A DNA stretch of 64,000 nucleotides from Octopus sinensis (lineage: Eukaryota): assembly GCF_006345805.1 (NCBI RefSeq), contig NC_043004.1:63488001-63552000 (forward strand), read 5' to 3'. Made by a program: the position numbers and the translations under genes. Below the pieces are notes generated by a model. It saw only the letters and a program-made list of their open reading frames with translations. It had not been told where the DNA came from and ran no database searches. This document shows, in pieces, positions 25,464 to 38,950 of the stretch (position 1 is the stretch's first letter; every line of letters begins with the position of its first letter).

Positions 25464-26047
25464 GTCAATAAGCGTCTGGTACGTACCTGGTAGTTTACTG
25501 TTAAAGCATGTACACTTTCGCAGTTTTCGTTGTTTATTATGTTAATGAGAGGGGCGGAAGAGTTTTATTAATGATTAAAATTGTTTCGATCCGTCTATTA
25601 TCGATCATTCACGAGTTCGATACTTAACCACTGGTTTAGGAGAATGATATGTCTCTTCGGGTGATATATTGATATAACTCGTAAAAATATTGATTGTCCC
25701 ACAAGAAATCTTCTCGGTTCCTGTACAGAAGAACTACAAATTAAAGGATAAAGCTTCAGTTAAACAGAGGATCAATAATAATAAGAACATATTAAAAAGA
25801 ATCAAACGCACAATATACCGAAACAAGTATTAAACAGAAGCCTTGACAGATACGGGTGTACAAACGCCCCCGCGTATGTTCTATCGCGCATTCTCATGCA
25901 CGCATACAAACACCCACAAATGTATAAGCTCGCGGACACGTGTGGTTTGGCGCACATACGTTCACATAGAGAATGTACTAGTGTTTGGTGTTTATAAGAA
26001 TGGGAATGTTAGAGTTAAATTTAATTCAAACATGATTAGTAAGTAAG

Positions 26048-26446
26048 TTAACTGAAATTTATTGCCACTGCTTTATGTGAAAGTGCTTTTATATAAATGT
26101 AAGCTCCAGGGAGTCTTTTAGAAATGTTATTACTGATCATCTCATTTCTGCACAAAATATGCAGGTATTCTGCGGAGCATAGCCGGCATTTCCTGGAAAT
26201 GATATTATATGGTTTTGCCTGCCTTACTATGGATGAAGTTAAGTTATACTTAACTGTATGTTCCTTAAGTTGCCATACAAAATCGGCCGTGGTTGTTGAA
26301 TATCTATTAATGAATTTCTTGAAGGTGGTGACTTGATTGCGACCTTTCACTGAGTCCGATGTTACCCCGTATGTAAACATACGGTTCTCCTTTGTGTGTA
26401 CGGTACATTTACATACAAAATGTGTACTCATACACAGGTTCATCAA
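26048..26446 (-). mobile_element. decayed PLE GIY-YIG remnant related to the 23182 ORF
   Basis: FVWQLKEHTVKYNLTSSIVRQAKPYNIISRKCRLCSAEYLHIL parallels LIWRLKDANLSYRLEWSILSVALPFDRGRRQCNLCVSELFHIL. Confidence 0.7.
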
Positions 26447-27142
26447 TAGGCATTTTCATTTTCCTCTGCAAGAGCATTTATATTTAGTTGTATACATGGT
26501 AGTACTGACATCATTTTTCACGTCGTTACCGTGTTAACTGTATCTCAATTATTGCTATCACGTGAGGTTTCACTCTATGGTGATCTTGAAGCCCAAGAAG
26601 GCAAGCGTTCTGATTAAGTCTTTCCTAAGTCTGTCTAGTGTATGGCAACTTGCCCCCGTAGCAATGGCCAGGGCGTAGAGGCCAAAGAGGGCGCAGGGCA
26701 ATTTTTTCTAAGTGGGAACTCCAGGACGGAGATTTTCGTACCATGCTTGTATTTTACAAAATTCTTATTCTTGGAATCCGCATGGCTACACCACAGCCGG
26801 AAACCAATTGCCAAGGCTGAAAGGAGACAATAGTTTATCTACGTGGTGGTTTGGTGACCGCAAGATGGCAGCGCGGCCGAAGATCGTTGAACAATGGACG
26901 AAGGGATATAATCACCAAGGATTTTAACCTTTGAAACGAGGTTTTTTGCTCTCCTTAGTTTATAGGGATCTCAAGTCAGCACTCTTCGGGGCTTCAAGAT
27001 ACGTCATAAGGTGAAAAGGTGAAACCCTTTATGAGCGAGAAACTCAGGATGACTCCAGCAATTGCCCTAGTCCACTATAATATATACATCATGCACTCAC
27101 ACGTACAAATACAAACACACACAGACACACACACATATACAG

Positions 27143-27303
27143 GCGCAACAGTGGCTGTGTGATAAGATGTTTGCATCCCAACCAGATGGTTCTGGGTTCA
27201 TTCCCACTGCATGGCATCTTGGGCAAACGTCTTCTACTATTGTCTTCTTTCGAACAAATTCTTCTGAGTGGATTTCGTAGATGAAAACTGAAAGAAGCCT
27301 GTC

Positions 27304-27368
<65 letters not shown>

Positions 27369-27537
27369 GGTCCCGGGTTGATTCGGGGTTAACCACAGTA
27401 AATAAGGTACTCAATACATAGCAGAGTAAAATTAATTTATTATATAGAAGGAGCTTCTACAGGACTAGAACTGTTTCATTCAAGAGCTTCCTGAAGATTT
27501 CTCTTGAATGAAACAGTTCTAGTCCTGTAGAAGCTCC

Positions 27538-27580
<43 letters not shown>

Positions 27581-27710
27581 TACGTATGCATTTTCGTATG
27601 TGTTTCTCCCTAACATCGCTTGACAACCGGTTCTGGTCTGTTTACGTCCCTTTAATCTAGCGGTACAGCAAACAAGGACAATAGAACAAAATAACCTTGC
27701 AAGGTACCGC
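27143..27710 (+). mobile_element. tRNA-derived SINE interrupted in its internal (TA)n by a short insert (27365-27546)
   Basis: The 5' half (27143-27305) and 3' half (~27580-27710) match the two halves of the 1604 copy. Confidence 0.65.
27441..27546. repeat. perfect 46-bp inverted repeat with a 14-nt loop
   Basis: TATATAGAAGGAGCTTCTACAGGACTAGAACTGTTTCATTCAAGAG (27441-27486) and its exact reverse complement (27501-27546). Confidence 0.95.
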
Positions 27711-28649
27711 ACGAGTGAAAATATATAGGAAAAAGTATTTGAACATATAGATGTCGTTTAAAGATGTTTATCGATTTGACCGGTTTCACTTTTATAAAAA
27801 GAGATTTTCAAAAGTAAAATCTAAGCTTTTGTTATTTTAAAAAATGGATATCATAACTGTATTAAAATACAGTTATAAAGTTTTTGATAATGATGAGAAA
27901 ATGTCAAGAAAATGTCAAGAAAATGTCAAGAAATAGAATCTTTGACAATGATAAGAACATGTTAAGACGGGCTTTGTGTTTAAACAGTTTACACGAAAGT
28001 GTTCAGAGTAGGTAGTAAAATAAATTTATAATTATTTTAAGTTCAACAAAAATCATGATTGTACAGAAGCATATTTACGGAACGAAATATATATACAGAA
28101 TTTTAGGGGAATGACCAACCTTTATATAGAGATGTATTTCAGTATGATAAGTTTTCGTTTTTTTAGCCAAAGATACACACGCACTATATATTCGCTATTC
28201 GCTCGTTTGTTCTTATTCTTATTCTTATTCTAACTAATGTTCTTTGTCACGAAATATTTCGCTACACATCTGTGACCACCTCAGTGACCATTTCCAACTC
28301 TCTGTGTGCTCTTGCTCCATTTATTTCATTCTGGTCTTACACGCGCATACTTTTGCGTCCGTGTTTGCACGCGAGCGTGTATCTGTGTGTGTTTATGTCT
28401 GTATGCTAATGTTCTTAGTAGCTCTAAAATCCTCCCCTCTCACGTTGTTGCTGCTGCTGCCCTGGAACCCAGGTCTTGGTAGAATTCCTCTATCTCTTGT
28501 AGGTGTGCTCGCCCACACTGCTGCCATCTTGGTTATTGTTGTTGCTATTGCCATCGTTGTCATTGTTGTTGCAGCTGCCGTTGTTATTCGTGTTCTAATT
28601 GTTGCGACCGTATGTGAAATTACTGTATATGTATTTCTTTACTACCCAC

Positions 28650-28862
28650 AAGGCGCTAAACACAAAGGTGACAAACAAGGACAGACAAACGGATTAAGTC
28701 GATTATATCGACCCCAGTGCATAACTGGTACTTAATTTATCGACCCCGGAAGGATGAAAGGCAAAGTCGACCTCGGCGGAATTTGAACTCAGAACGTAGC
28801 GGCAAACGAAATACGGCTACGCATTTCGCCCGGCGTGCTAACGTTTCTGCCAGCTCGCCGCC
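28650..28862 (-). mobile_element. SINE copy, reverse orientation
   Basis: The - strand begins ggcggcgagctggcagaaacgttagc...gagttcaaattccgcc (tRNA-like A/B boxes). Confidence 0.65.
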
Positions 28863-29510
28863 TTATACGTTGTATATGTTTGTGTGTATGTGTATATGGG
28901 CTCGCTTCCATATGTTATTTGTATCCGTGCCCCGTATATTATTTATTTATTTATCACAATTCTGTGATGAATATATTTATTTTTTATGCACACACTCATA
29001 CACATACACAGACTCACAGACGCACTGATACATACGAGCGCACGAGCGTGTCTATTGTGCCTCTCAGTTCAATTAGAATATTGTGAATTTTTATAGCCGA
29101 GCTTTTGTACTTTCCTATTAGTTATCTGTAGCAAATTTTGAAATGGGAGTTGATATTATCTCTCCTTATTGATATTGCTTCTGTGGCTAATAAATATTTT
29201 AAAGAGGCCTACTGTCTATGTATCAGCTGCGGGGAGATAAGTCAAAGCTATCTCTAGCGGACAAGCGTTATTCACCGATGAGACAAAGGAAGGCCAATTT
29301 CAAGTAATATTTTTGCCTCGGTGATGTGGTCAGTGGGGATTTAACTTCCCGCTGGCGATAAAACATGTATGCATTATGCAAGAAAAGGCTAAATGAGAAT
29401 ATACCGCAGTATAGATCGTTATAAAAGAACATTCACGATAATTTCGTTTTGGGATTTGGTTTGCAAGATTCTTTATATGAGTTCGTGTGTTGAAGCATAT
29501 TCTGACGTTC

Positions 29511-29758
29511 CTGGGGAGAGTCATTTTCTTTTTGTGCCTTATTATTTAACACATTCACCGATAAAATTTCCACTTTTTTCTTATTTTTATTGTCCAAAAA
29601 TTTTCGTTGCGACTTGCAACCTTTTCAATAGTCAAAACTATTGAAAAGGTTACAAGACGCAACGAAAATTTTAACACAATAAAAATAGGGAAAAAGTGGG
29701 AATTTGACCAGTGAATATGTTATATAATAAGGCACAAAAAGAAAATGACTCTCCCCAG
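29511..29758. mobile_element. palindromic MITE-like element
   Basis: ctggggagagtcattttctttttgtgcc...ggcacaaaaagaaaatgactctccccag. The whole element is an imperfect palindrome centred on aatagtcaaaactatt. A half copy is at 58761-58882. Confidence 0.8.
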
Positions 29759-30499
29759 ACACAACAGAATCCACAATAATGTGGGAATGAATATTATCCC
29801 TCGGTATTAATACTACTTTTGTCGCTAATATATATTAGATCAAAGTATAACTGAGTGTTGTAACAGGTAATTGTTTTTTCTCCGTCTTAAAGGAGATTGG
29901 ATAGAGTTAATATTGAACTTAATTACATTGATGGTCATACAGAAATTAACATACCGATATGTGTTGCTATGGTTTATAAGTACAAAAAGGAAGATATAAA
30001 TTAAGCCAGTAATAATGAAGATATCTAGTTGAAAGATGGACCAAATAATGTTAAATGTTGAATGTTAGGGCATATTTAAACCGAGAGAGGAAAATCACAT
30101 AAATTCATTTAAGGATAGAAATGAGCTGATTAAGACTAGCTTGAGCAAGGATAGAAGCGGTAGCTTTAGTACACAACTGGTAGAATGTAGTTCAGCTATA
30201 TTTTATACAACAGAAAGAGATGAGTTCAGTCACTTTGCGCAGCACCTTAGGCAAATGTCTTCTAGAGGCATTGGGCCAACCAAAACCTTGTAAGTATTTG
30301 TTGGACGGAAATTGAAAGAAGCCAGTCGCGTGTATATATGTATATATAAAGACACACACACAAATATATTTATATAGATATGGGTGTGTGTGTGTACTTG
30401 TGTGTGTCTGGGTGTGTTTCCCCCATCACTGCTTGGCAGCCGATATTGATTTGTTTACGTCCCCGTAAACAAATAGTCATATAGAATAAGCCCTATATG

Positions 30500-30589
<90 letters not shown>

Positions 30590-30595
<6 letters not shown>

Positions 30596-31160
30596 TGTAT
30601 AAAAGATCGTGGGTAAGGCCAAAACAATGCTAAGTAAATGGCAAGCTAAGACCCCGTTTTCAAGAAAGTGATGGATGTTGCCGATGTGCGTGTGTGAAGT
30701 GGACATGCGCAGAAGGTTGTTGCTTTATCAACCAGGTAGCTTCCTGTGACTCCCTTCTATTATTGATATTGGGTTTCTTTTGGTGTATGAGGATAGCTTC
30801 AGAGAATCGAAGATTTCCCCTGTTCCACTGCGTTGCCTTGATGTGCTCTGTGAACTCCCGAGTCTGGCATTTCCGCAGATGTTTCTTCACGGAAGTGTCT
30901 GCCTGAATGTGTTCCTTAATGCGTACATGCAGTTTTCTTGTCGTGCTTCCGATGTAGGATGAGCCACATTTTGCCACAGATGATCTCATATACGACATAG
31001 GTCCTCTAGCACAATTCAGGGTCATTGATGGGGCAGGTCGAACCCCGAAATATTTAATACAAGGTAGCCTACATTAATTCACATATTTGTTTTCTTGTGA
31101 TTTACCTTGCATTTACCTGGCATTGTTTTGGCTTTGCCCAAGATCTTTTATACAATGTAT
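30590..31160 (-). mobile_element. PLE GIY-YIG fragment with a diverged inverted 3' terminus
   Basis: CGSSYIGSTTRKLHVRIKEH...FSEAILIHQKKPNIN. The 3' terminal ~50 bp (30591-30640, -) recurs inverted at ~31110-31159 (+). Confidence 0.8.
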
Positions 31161-31954
31161 TCTACAAGATACTTCGCAGTAATTATTCCATATATTCATG
31201 AGTAAGCAGATGTGTCTCAATCTGTTGATTACTTCAGTGGAGCTTTCGACATGTCTTGGGAAGTTTTGGCTTCAGAATTTTAGACATAAACCTAGCGATT
31301 TTGTATGAATATGGAAACACATCATATTTTGAAATCCCCAACAAACTCACACAAACACGCAGATACGCACACATATTGAGAGAAACAGATAGAGGGACAG
31401 AAATAGGGAAAGCAAGAGAGTGATAGGGAATAAAATAAGTTAATACATTGCGAACTGATATCTTATGTGACACAACAAATAACGTATATATATAGATGTG
31501 TACCTGCTTGATTGCAGGTATATATGTATGTAAATAAACGAATACAAACGCACAAGCTCTCTGTGTCCCACTCCCTCCCTGTCTTCTCTCTCACACACGC
31601 CCGTTCCAACACAAAACAAACACATTTTCACGCCTGAACTATCATATATATATAACTGCATTAGTATCTTCCGTATTTTCGAACAATTGCACAGGATACA
31701 ACCTTTTATAATATGGGTGTGTTGCACAAATAAGCACAACATTTATCTCATGTTACTCATGCAGTTTATGACAATGGAAAACATCTGCGTATTCAAATAG
31801 AAGATTTAAGAAGAATGAAATTCCATTTTAACAGCTACTTAATATTCCTAAGTAGGTCAAGAAGAGTTACAAAATCTCTCATTCGATAACTTACATTAAA
31901 CTTCCTTGTTATTGCGGCAGTCTGAATGTGTATATACACATGCATGTATTTATG

Positions 31955-34900
31955 TAGTCTAGTCCGGCTTTTATATTTCATGTCCTGATACATTTCCTGC
32001 TGTGGCTGTGTAGTCCTATCCTGGACAAACACTCCCTCTGGCAGGTACCGCAAATGTAGCGAAGACTGTTCCTGGCTGGTTGTAATGCCATAGTTTCTTG
32101 TTGACGTCTCTTCTTTTCTTTCCATTTCTCCTCTCTCTCTCTCTCTGTCACTCCTTTGTATTCCCTCTTTTACAGTACGTCGCCATTCTCCACGGTTGCC
32201 GGCAACTGTCTCCCAACCGCTAATATTGATGTTGCAGGCCTTCATGTCCCTTTTGCAAACATCCTTGTAACGTAAGAACGGTCTACCCACAGACCTATTA
32301 CCCCTAGCAAGCTCTCCGTAGAGTATGTCCTTGGGGATTCTGCCATCTTTCATACGGCTAACATGCCCAAGCCATCTCATACGTCTTTGTGTGAGGAGTG
32401 CAAACATGCTTGGTATTCCTGCTTGCCTGAGGACATCTTTGTTGGGGATATGATTCTGCCATTTGATGCGGAGGATTTTTCGGAGGCAGCGCAGGTGAAA
32501 GATGTTTAGGCGACGCTCTTGGCGTGTGTATAGCGTCCAAGTCTCACTTCCATACAGTAGAGTGCTGAGTACACATGCCTGGTAGATCTTCATTTTCGTG
32601 GTCTTGGTCAGCTTGTTGTTGTCCCAAGCCCGTTTGGAGAGTTGGGCCATCGCAGCAGCTGCCTTGCCAATGTGTATATTGAGCTCAGCGTCAAGGGATA
32701 GGTTGTAGGTGACGGTAGAGCCCAGATAGGTAAACTTCTCCACCTGTAGTAATCTGTGGTCTCTAATATGTATGTTTGAGATGTCCGATGTAGCCTGGCT
32801 CATGATGTTGGTCTTCTTAAGGATGATAGCTAAGCCAAAGTCGTTACATGCTTGCTCAAAACAGTTAATGAGCGACATCATCAGCAAATAACATCTCCTT
32901 GATCAGGACGTTTCTGATTTTGGTCTTGGAACGCAGGCGCGAGAGATTGAACAGTTTCCCGTCACTTCTACTGTGCAGAAACACTCCATCATCTGATGTC
33001 TGAAAGGCATGTGAAAGTAAGAGCGAGAAGAAGATGCCAAAGAATGTAGGAGCGAGGACACAACCTTGCTTTACACCGTTTTTTATTTGGAAGGCGGCTG
33101 ATGTTGAACCGTTGTGCTGTATGGTGCCTTGCATGTCATCATGGAAAGACTTGATGATCCTCAGCAGCTTAGGTGGACATCCGATTTTTGGAGCAGGATG
33201 AAGAGGCCTTTCTGCTTACCGAGTCAAAAGCCTTTGTTAGATCAATGAAGGCCATATATAATGGCATTTTCTGCTCTCTGGACTTTTCCTGAAGTTGGCG
33301 TATGGAGAATATCATATCGATAGTTGATCTGCTTCTTCTAAAGCCACACTGCGATTCCGAATAGATTCGAGAAGCAAGTAGTTGTAGCCTGGCCAGGATA
33401 ACGCGGGCAAAGGTCTTTCCAACAGTGCTTAGAAGAGATATACCACGGTAATTGTTACAATCACCACGGTCACCTTTGTTTTTGTAAAGCGTAATGATGT
33501 TAGCATCCCGCATATCCTGAGGGACTGTACCCTCTTCCCAGCACTGACACAGAAGCTCATGAAGGTGCCGAAGCAGGATGATGTTTTTGCCGGCCTTGAT
33601 GATCTCTGAGGGGATGCCGTCTTTTCCCGGAGCCTTATTTCTTGCTAGGGAGTCAACAGCCTTGGTGATCTCTGCTATAGATGGCGGACTGTCAAGTTCG
33701 CACATGACTGGCAAGATCTTGACGCTCTCGACTGCAGCCTCAGCCACTGTAGTCTCCCGTGAGTAGAGATCCTGGTAGTGCTCCACCCATCTATCCATTT
33801 GCTTGCCTTGATCCCTGATGAGATCTCCAGTAGTTGATTTCAGAGGGGCTGACTTGGTTGCGGATGGACCGAGGCCCTTCTGCAAACCGGCATACATCCC
33901 ACGGGCATCGCCCCCGTCAGCAGCTGACTGGATACTCTGACAGATTTCCTGCCAATACCTATTTGCACAGCGTCTGGCTGTCAGTTGGGTTTTATTTCGT
34001 GCCTTTCTGAGTTCTTCGAGTGACTTTGTAGAACAGTCACTCTTGTATTGCATCAGAGCTGCACGCTTTGCTTCGATAACTGGCTCCAGGTCTAAGAGCC
34101 CAGCATTGAACCAATCTGGGTTTTGCCTTTCTCTCATGCCGAAAGTATCTATTGATGTCGTATACAAGGCTTCCCTGATATAGTCCCACCTACTTTCAGC
34201 AGAGGAGTTTGGGCAGCTACTGAGGGCAACCTTGATAGAAGCAGCAAAACATTGTCGCAGTGGAGGGTCCGAGGTTCTGGTTGTGTTGATGCGTGGTCGG
34301 CCCACTTTCTTGGAGCGATGGACTTTTTTAGGCAGAATCCTCACCCTACTTCTAATAAGTGAGTGGTCTGTGTCACAATCCGCGCTGTGGTAACTGCGGG
34401 TCAATAGAGTAGAATTCAGAAATAATATCCGTGTAATGATGAGATCCAGCTGATGCCAGTGGTGAGATCTTGGATGTCTCCAGGATGCCTTGTGGGATGG
34501 CTTGTTGGTAAAGAATGTGTTTGTGATGCACAGGTTGTGGTATGTGCAGAATTCGAGTAGTCTCTGACTATTGTCATTCATGTTGCCAATACCAAAGTGT
34601 CCAACACAAATGGGCCACGAATCACGGTCAGATCCCACGCGAGCGTTAAAATCCCCTAGAAGGTAGATATTTTCAGTCGTTGGTATATTTTCTATGACAC
34701 AGTTGAGATCTTTGTAGAACTGGTCCTTGGTCTCCTCTGAGCTGTAGAGAGTGGGAGCATAGATGCTGAGTAGATGTACTGAGCCAGAAGAAGTCGGGAG
34801 AGGCAGTGAGAGGATACGCTCAGTGCCTCCTGATGGTGGTTCTATTGAGGAGAGTAGTGAGTTTCTCACTGCAACACCAACGCCATGTTTACGAGGTTCT

Positions 34901-35730
34901 TCTAGATCGCTTCCCTGCCAAAAGAAGGTGAAATCCTGCTCTTTGAGTTTGCCGTTTGAGGGAAGTCTTGTCTCCTGCAGCCCAGCAATATCTATGTTGA
35001 GCCTCTTTAGTTCACGGTCAATGATGGCCGTTTTCCTTGTGTCTTCAATCCTGAGTAGATCATCAGATATTCCAGGACACATGGTCCTGACATTCCAGCT
35101 TGCCAACCGCAGAACTGGTGTTTTCTTGACTTTTAGTTGTTTGCCTGGTGCAGAGGTTGCAGGCCGCTTTTCGAGTCATACTCTTAGCTCCAAGCACCCA
35201 ATGGAGCAGGCGGCCTGTGGCGGGTCAGCACCTTATTAACTGGGGGCTGCCCAGCTTGAGGTGGGCAGTAGCTAACCAATAGGACACGGAGGTCCCTCCC
35301 ACCGTCGGAAGTTTACCGTAGCGCCCATATTTTACGCCAATCTGAATAGACTTATCACTCGTGACTGTTACCTCCCGTGTTGTTTCTGCAGATTTTTACA
35401 GCAGCACTGAAGTGTCCTCTCCAGTTTTGCGCAGGCCTGGGCTAGAGATAAGAAAGTTCTGGGTAGCCCAATCGTCAGGTTTCCTCTCTCGACCTTGCTG
35501 ATGTAGTCCAAAGGAGTGCAGTGCATTACGTTTGGCACCAGCTTGGTGGCAGGAGCTGCCGGAAGAGTGTCGAGTCGAACACTAAACCGCCTTCGGGGCT
35601 CCACTCCGGATTTCTTTGAAGGTTGTCTCTTTTCGTAACCCTGGATAGGGGCCCATACCGATACTGTCAGCCGGAGCCAGCTGAGCCCGGGACTCGTGTC
35701 AGGCAGGGTCGTCACTCCCTGAAGTAGTGA
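31955..35730 (-). mobile_element. near-full-length RTE-clade (BovB-like) LINE, inactivated
   Basis: APE domain (ASWNVRT, GLQETR, IYAPT, LGDFNARVG, DTDHSL), RT (KAPGKDGIP, NYRGISLLS, FIDLTKAFD, GVKQGCVLAP, FADD) and the C-terminal RRMRWLGHV. One frameshift at ~33170 and a short deletion after FADDVA. A 5' UTR of ~600 bp is present. Confidence 0.9.
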
Positions 35731-35755
35731 AGAAGTTCGCAACCCACTACCTTTA

Positions 35756-35865
<110 letters not shown>

Positions 35866-36039
35866 ATATATATATGCATGTATGTATACTTATACATATA
35901 TAATATCGCGCCAGACCCGAAGATCATAAATTTGTCAAACAGAACACAGGAATGAAATAACGTATTGCAGTTTCAAATTTTCCCCTATATCCACCCTTAA
36001 TTTCTTAGAACTAAAAGCTGATACTGATCATTTTAACCG

Positions 36040-36860
36040 CCACTACCCACTTATAGATTTCCTCCGCAATGAGGATATAAATGATATATCAATTGTCAGA
36101 AATAAACCCCACTTCACCCCTACCAAAAGAATGTCAAACATTTAGATGCACATAGAGACACAATTTGGAAATTTCCCTTAAGTCCCCGAATATGCAATCA
36201 AAAACTTCGTGAATAAAATGAGAAACCCTGTTAACACTGATGAATGACAATTCAGTTCTCCTAAAAGAAGCCGATAGGGGAGGCGCGATAATGACCATGG
36301 ACAATGACTGCTATAAATATAAAATATTAGAAATTCTAATAGAGCAAACTTATTTCAAGAAAGAACCAAGGAACGCGGGGAAAAGCAATAATGGATAAAA
36401 TCGAAACACTAATGAATACCAAGAGTCCTTCACATGAAGGAATTTCTTCGGATTACCCAACATCCACAAAAGCTCCGAAATACAGAGGGCCATAAATGAT
36501 AAGAGGAACCAATAGATAAACATACTAAGACTACTGACCTCAAACTCAGACCAATAATTGCTGGACCTCAAGGCCCAACAAAACAGCTGAGTCGTTTTTT
36601 GGACATACTTCTAAAACCTGTATGCCCATTAATTCCCACCTATACACAGCACGGCATAGATTTTCTCCAGCGCATTTTACCTACAGTCCCAGAAAGCACT
36701 ATACATACTAGCTTTGACGTCGCCAGTCTTCATACCAATATACCTCACGCTTTGAGCCTGGAAGCGCTAAAACACTGGATAGAGAAACATAGAGTACGGA
36801 TAAATGAATACTTCAAACTGACTTCATCACCAAAGCCACACGTCTGGTACTAGAAAGAAA
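36040..36860 (+). mobile_element. decayed PLE RT fragment
   Basis: LRPIIAGP, LDILLKP and TSFDVASLHTNIPH motifs. Near-collinear with the - strand copy at 54780-55420. Confidence 0.75.
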
Positions 36861-37991
36861 TATAATGTGCTTAGCAAAGGGGAATTTTAAAATCATATTA
36901 TATATTATTATAACTGGAAGTGAAATAAGCAAAATAAAAATTTGCCAACAATTTCTAATGCCAACTTTTAAAAAACGAAAATTATCCAAAAACTTACAAT
37001 ACTTAGTCATATCAAAGGGACATGGAAATTAATTAGAACGTTCACTTCCAGTGGCATAACTTGTACAAATTTAGTCCAAAGACTATATATTTGTCATAAA
37101 ATACAGTGTACATTTAAACACATAAGGAATCCACTCGTGGGATTCAAAACTCTAGAAAGAACACCTAGATTCTATAACCACAAAATTAGGAATAAAATTC
37201 GACAGGAACGAAATGAAAAAATAAAAACATTTTACCATCTAGTTTCCTGGACTAATTGGTTTCTGATTTTAGTTTAGCAAGTAAATACCATTTACCCGCT
37301 AGGTAAAATCATCCTCAAAACGTACACCTTGGGTTAAATATATAAACACGAGGCGATCAAAACTATGCGCCTCTTGTTTATATATCCTAATTTTTTCAAA
37401 ACCTACTGCGCAGACGTAGCCCTTGGCCGGCAGTAAAAAAAAGCCAACTTTTCAATCCCACGATTGGATTCCTTATGTTTTTAAATGTACAGTGTATTTT
37501 ATGATTAATACATAGTCTTTGGACTAAATTTTTACAGGTTAGGCCACTGAAAGTGAAAATTTTAATTAATTTCCATTTCCCTTTCATATATCTAACTATA
37601 TATATATATAAGTGTATATATATATATTTATATATATATATGTGTGTGTGTATGTATGTATGTATGTATGTATGTATGTATGTATGTATGTATGTATGTG
37701 TGTGTGTATGTATGTATGTATGTATGTGTGTATGTATGTATGTATGTATGTATGTATGTATGTATGTGTATGTATGTATGTATGTGTGTATGTATGTATG
37801 TATGTATGTGTGTATGTATGTATGTATGTATGTATGTATGTATGTATGTATGTATGTATGTGTGTATGTATGTATGTATGTATGTATGAAATATAATTTT
37901 TTCTGAATCTTCAGATTTTTAATATGCTAGGTCACAGGTTTTAAATCGATATTAAGTTAATATTCAATTTTTCACCCTTATTATTTAAATT

Positions 37992-38169
<178 letters not shown>

Positions 38170-38299
38170 GCTTCTAAATGACTTGGGCTGTGTCTTGCAA
38201 TGGTAGAGCATGACTGCGGATCAGGCAAATGAAGATTCTAACTTCTCTCTACAAGCTTAGATATTAGCACGATTTTTTTCAGGAATCCCGACTCACATC

Positions 38300-38950
38300 T
38301 AAAGCTGCAGTTCATTACGCTACCGACATACGCGTTCAGTTCCGACATTCTCACCCACAAGAGAGAAATGGGAGGTGGAGTCCCTTAGGAAACCAACAGA
38401 AGAGTGGATTTTGTCAGCAGAAATTCTAAAGCAAATAGATTCCGATTCTTCTACATAGTGAGAGAAGAGCCCTCCTGAAGACCTCGAGAAGCTCTCTAAC
38501 ATTAACTCATCATCTGCAAAATCCAGAACTGTAATCTTAGTGTCATAAATACTCGGACCGGAATTCGATGTTGCACCATCCAGACAAGTATCCAGTCCAT
38601 GCAGATATTGATCTTAGTTGGAGAATCTCCGATGGAATGCTCCGACGGAATGCAGGTCCAAGTAAGAATTAGTCAGATGCTGACCGCAGTCCAAATTTCT
38701 TTAAGGCCACCATCGGCGCAACCACGCCATAGTTTTTCTGAACACATCCCTGTACATCAAGAAACTTATTGATGTCGACATAACCTTCAAGCATCTCCAA
38801 ACAAATGTTTCGCATAAGTTCGATGAGTATTGAGAAAGAAAGTATCTGGTGAGTAGTTCATCTCTTTCGTGTAAATGCTGACTGCTGCCACTACTTAAAT
38901 AAGAGGCATGTAGATTGTTTTGCTCTCTGTTGAGAACAATCGGGACAAAC
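38300..38950 (-). mobile_element. decayed RTE-like LINE RT fragment (duplicated at ~41460-42100)
   Basis: The - strand reads IYDTKITVLDFADDELMLES (RT motif C). The second copy shows NICMDWIL upstream. Confidence 0.65.

Noticed and set aside
25580-25665. Hammerhead-like CCGAAGAG...CGAAAC on the - strand downstream of the 26 kb PLE remnant
   Set aside because: The core is mutated and the stems are not convincingly paired.
28244-28735. 163-aa hydrophobic ORF resembling a membrane protein
   Set aside because: It is built from (GTT)/(GCT) low-complexity sequence and runs into a SINE, with no splice or domain support.
35110-35730. Possible HDV-like ribozyme in the RTE 5' UTR (GGA-CCTCCGTG-TCC as P3/L3)
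   Set aside because: I could not find a matching P1 5' strand or P2 by eye. A descriptor search would be needed.
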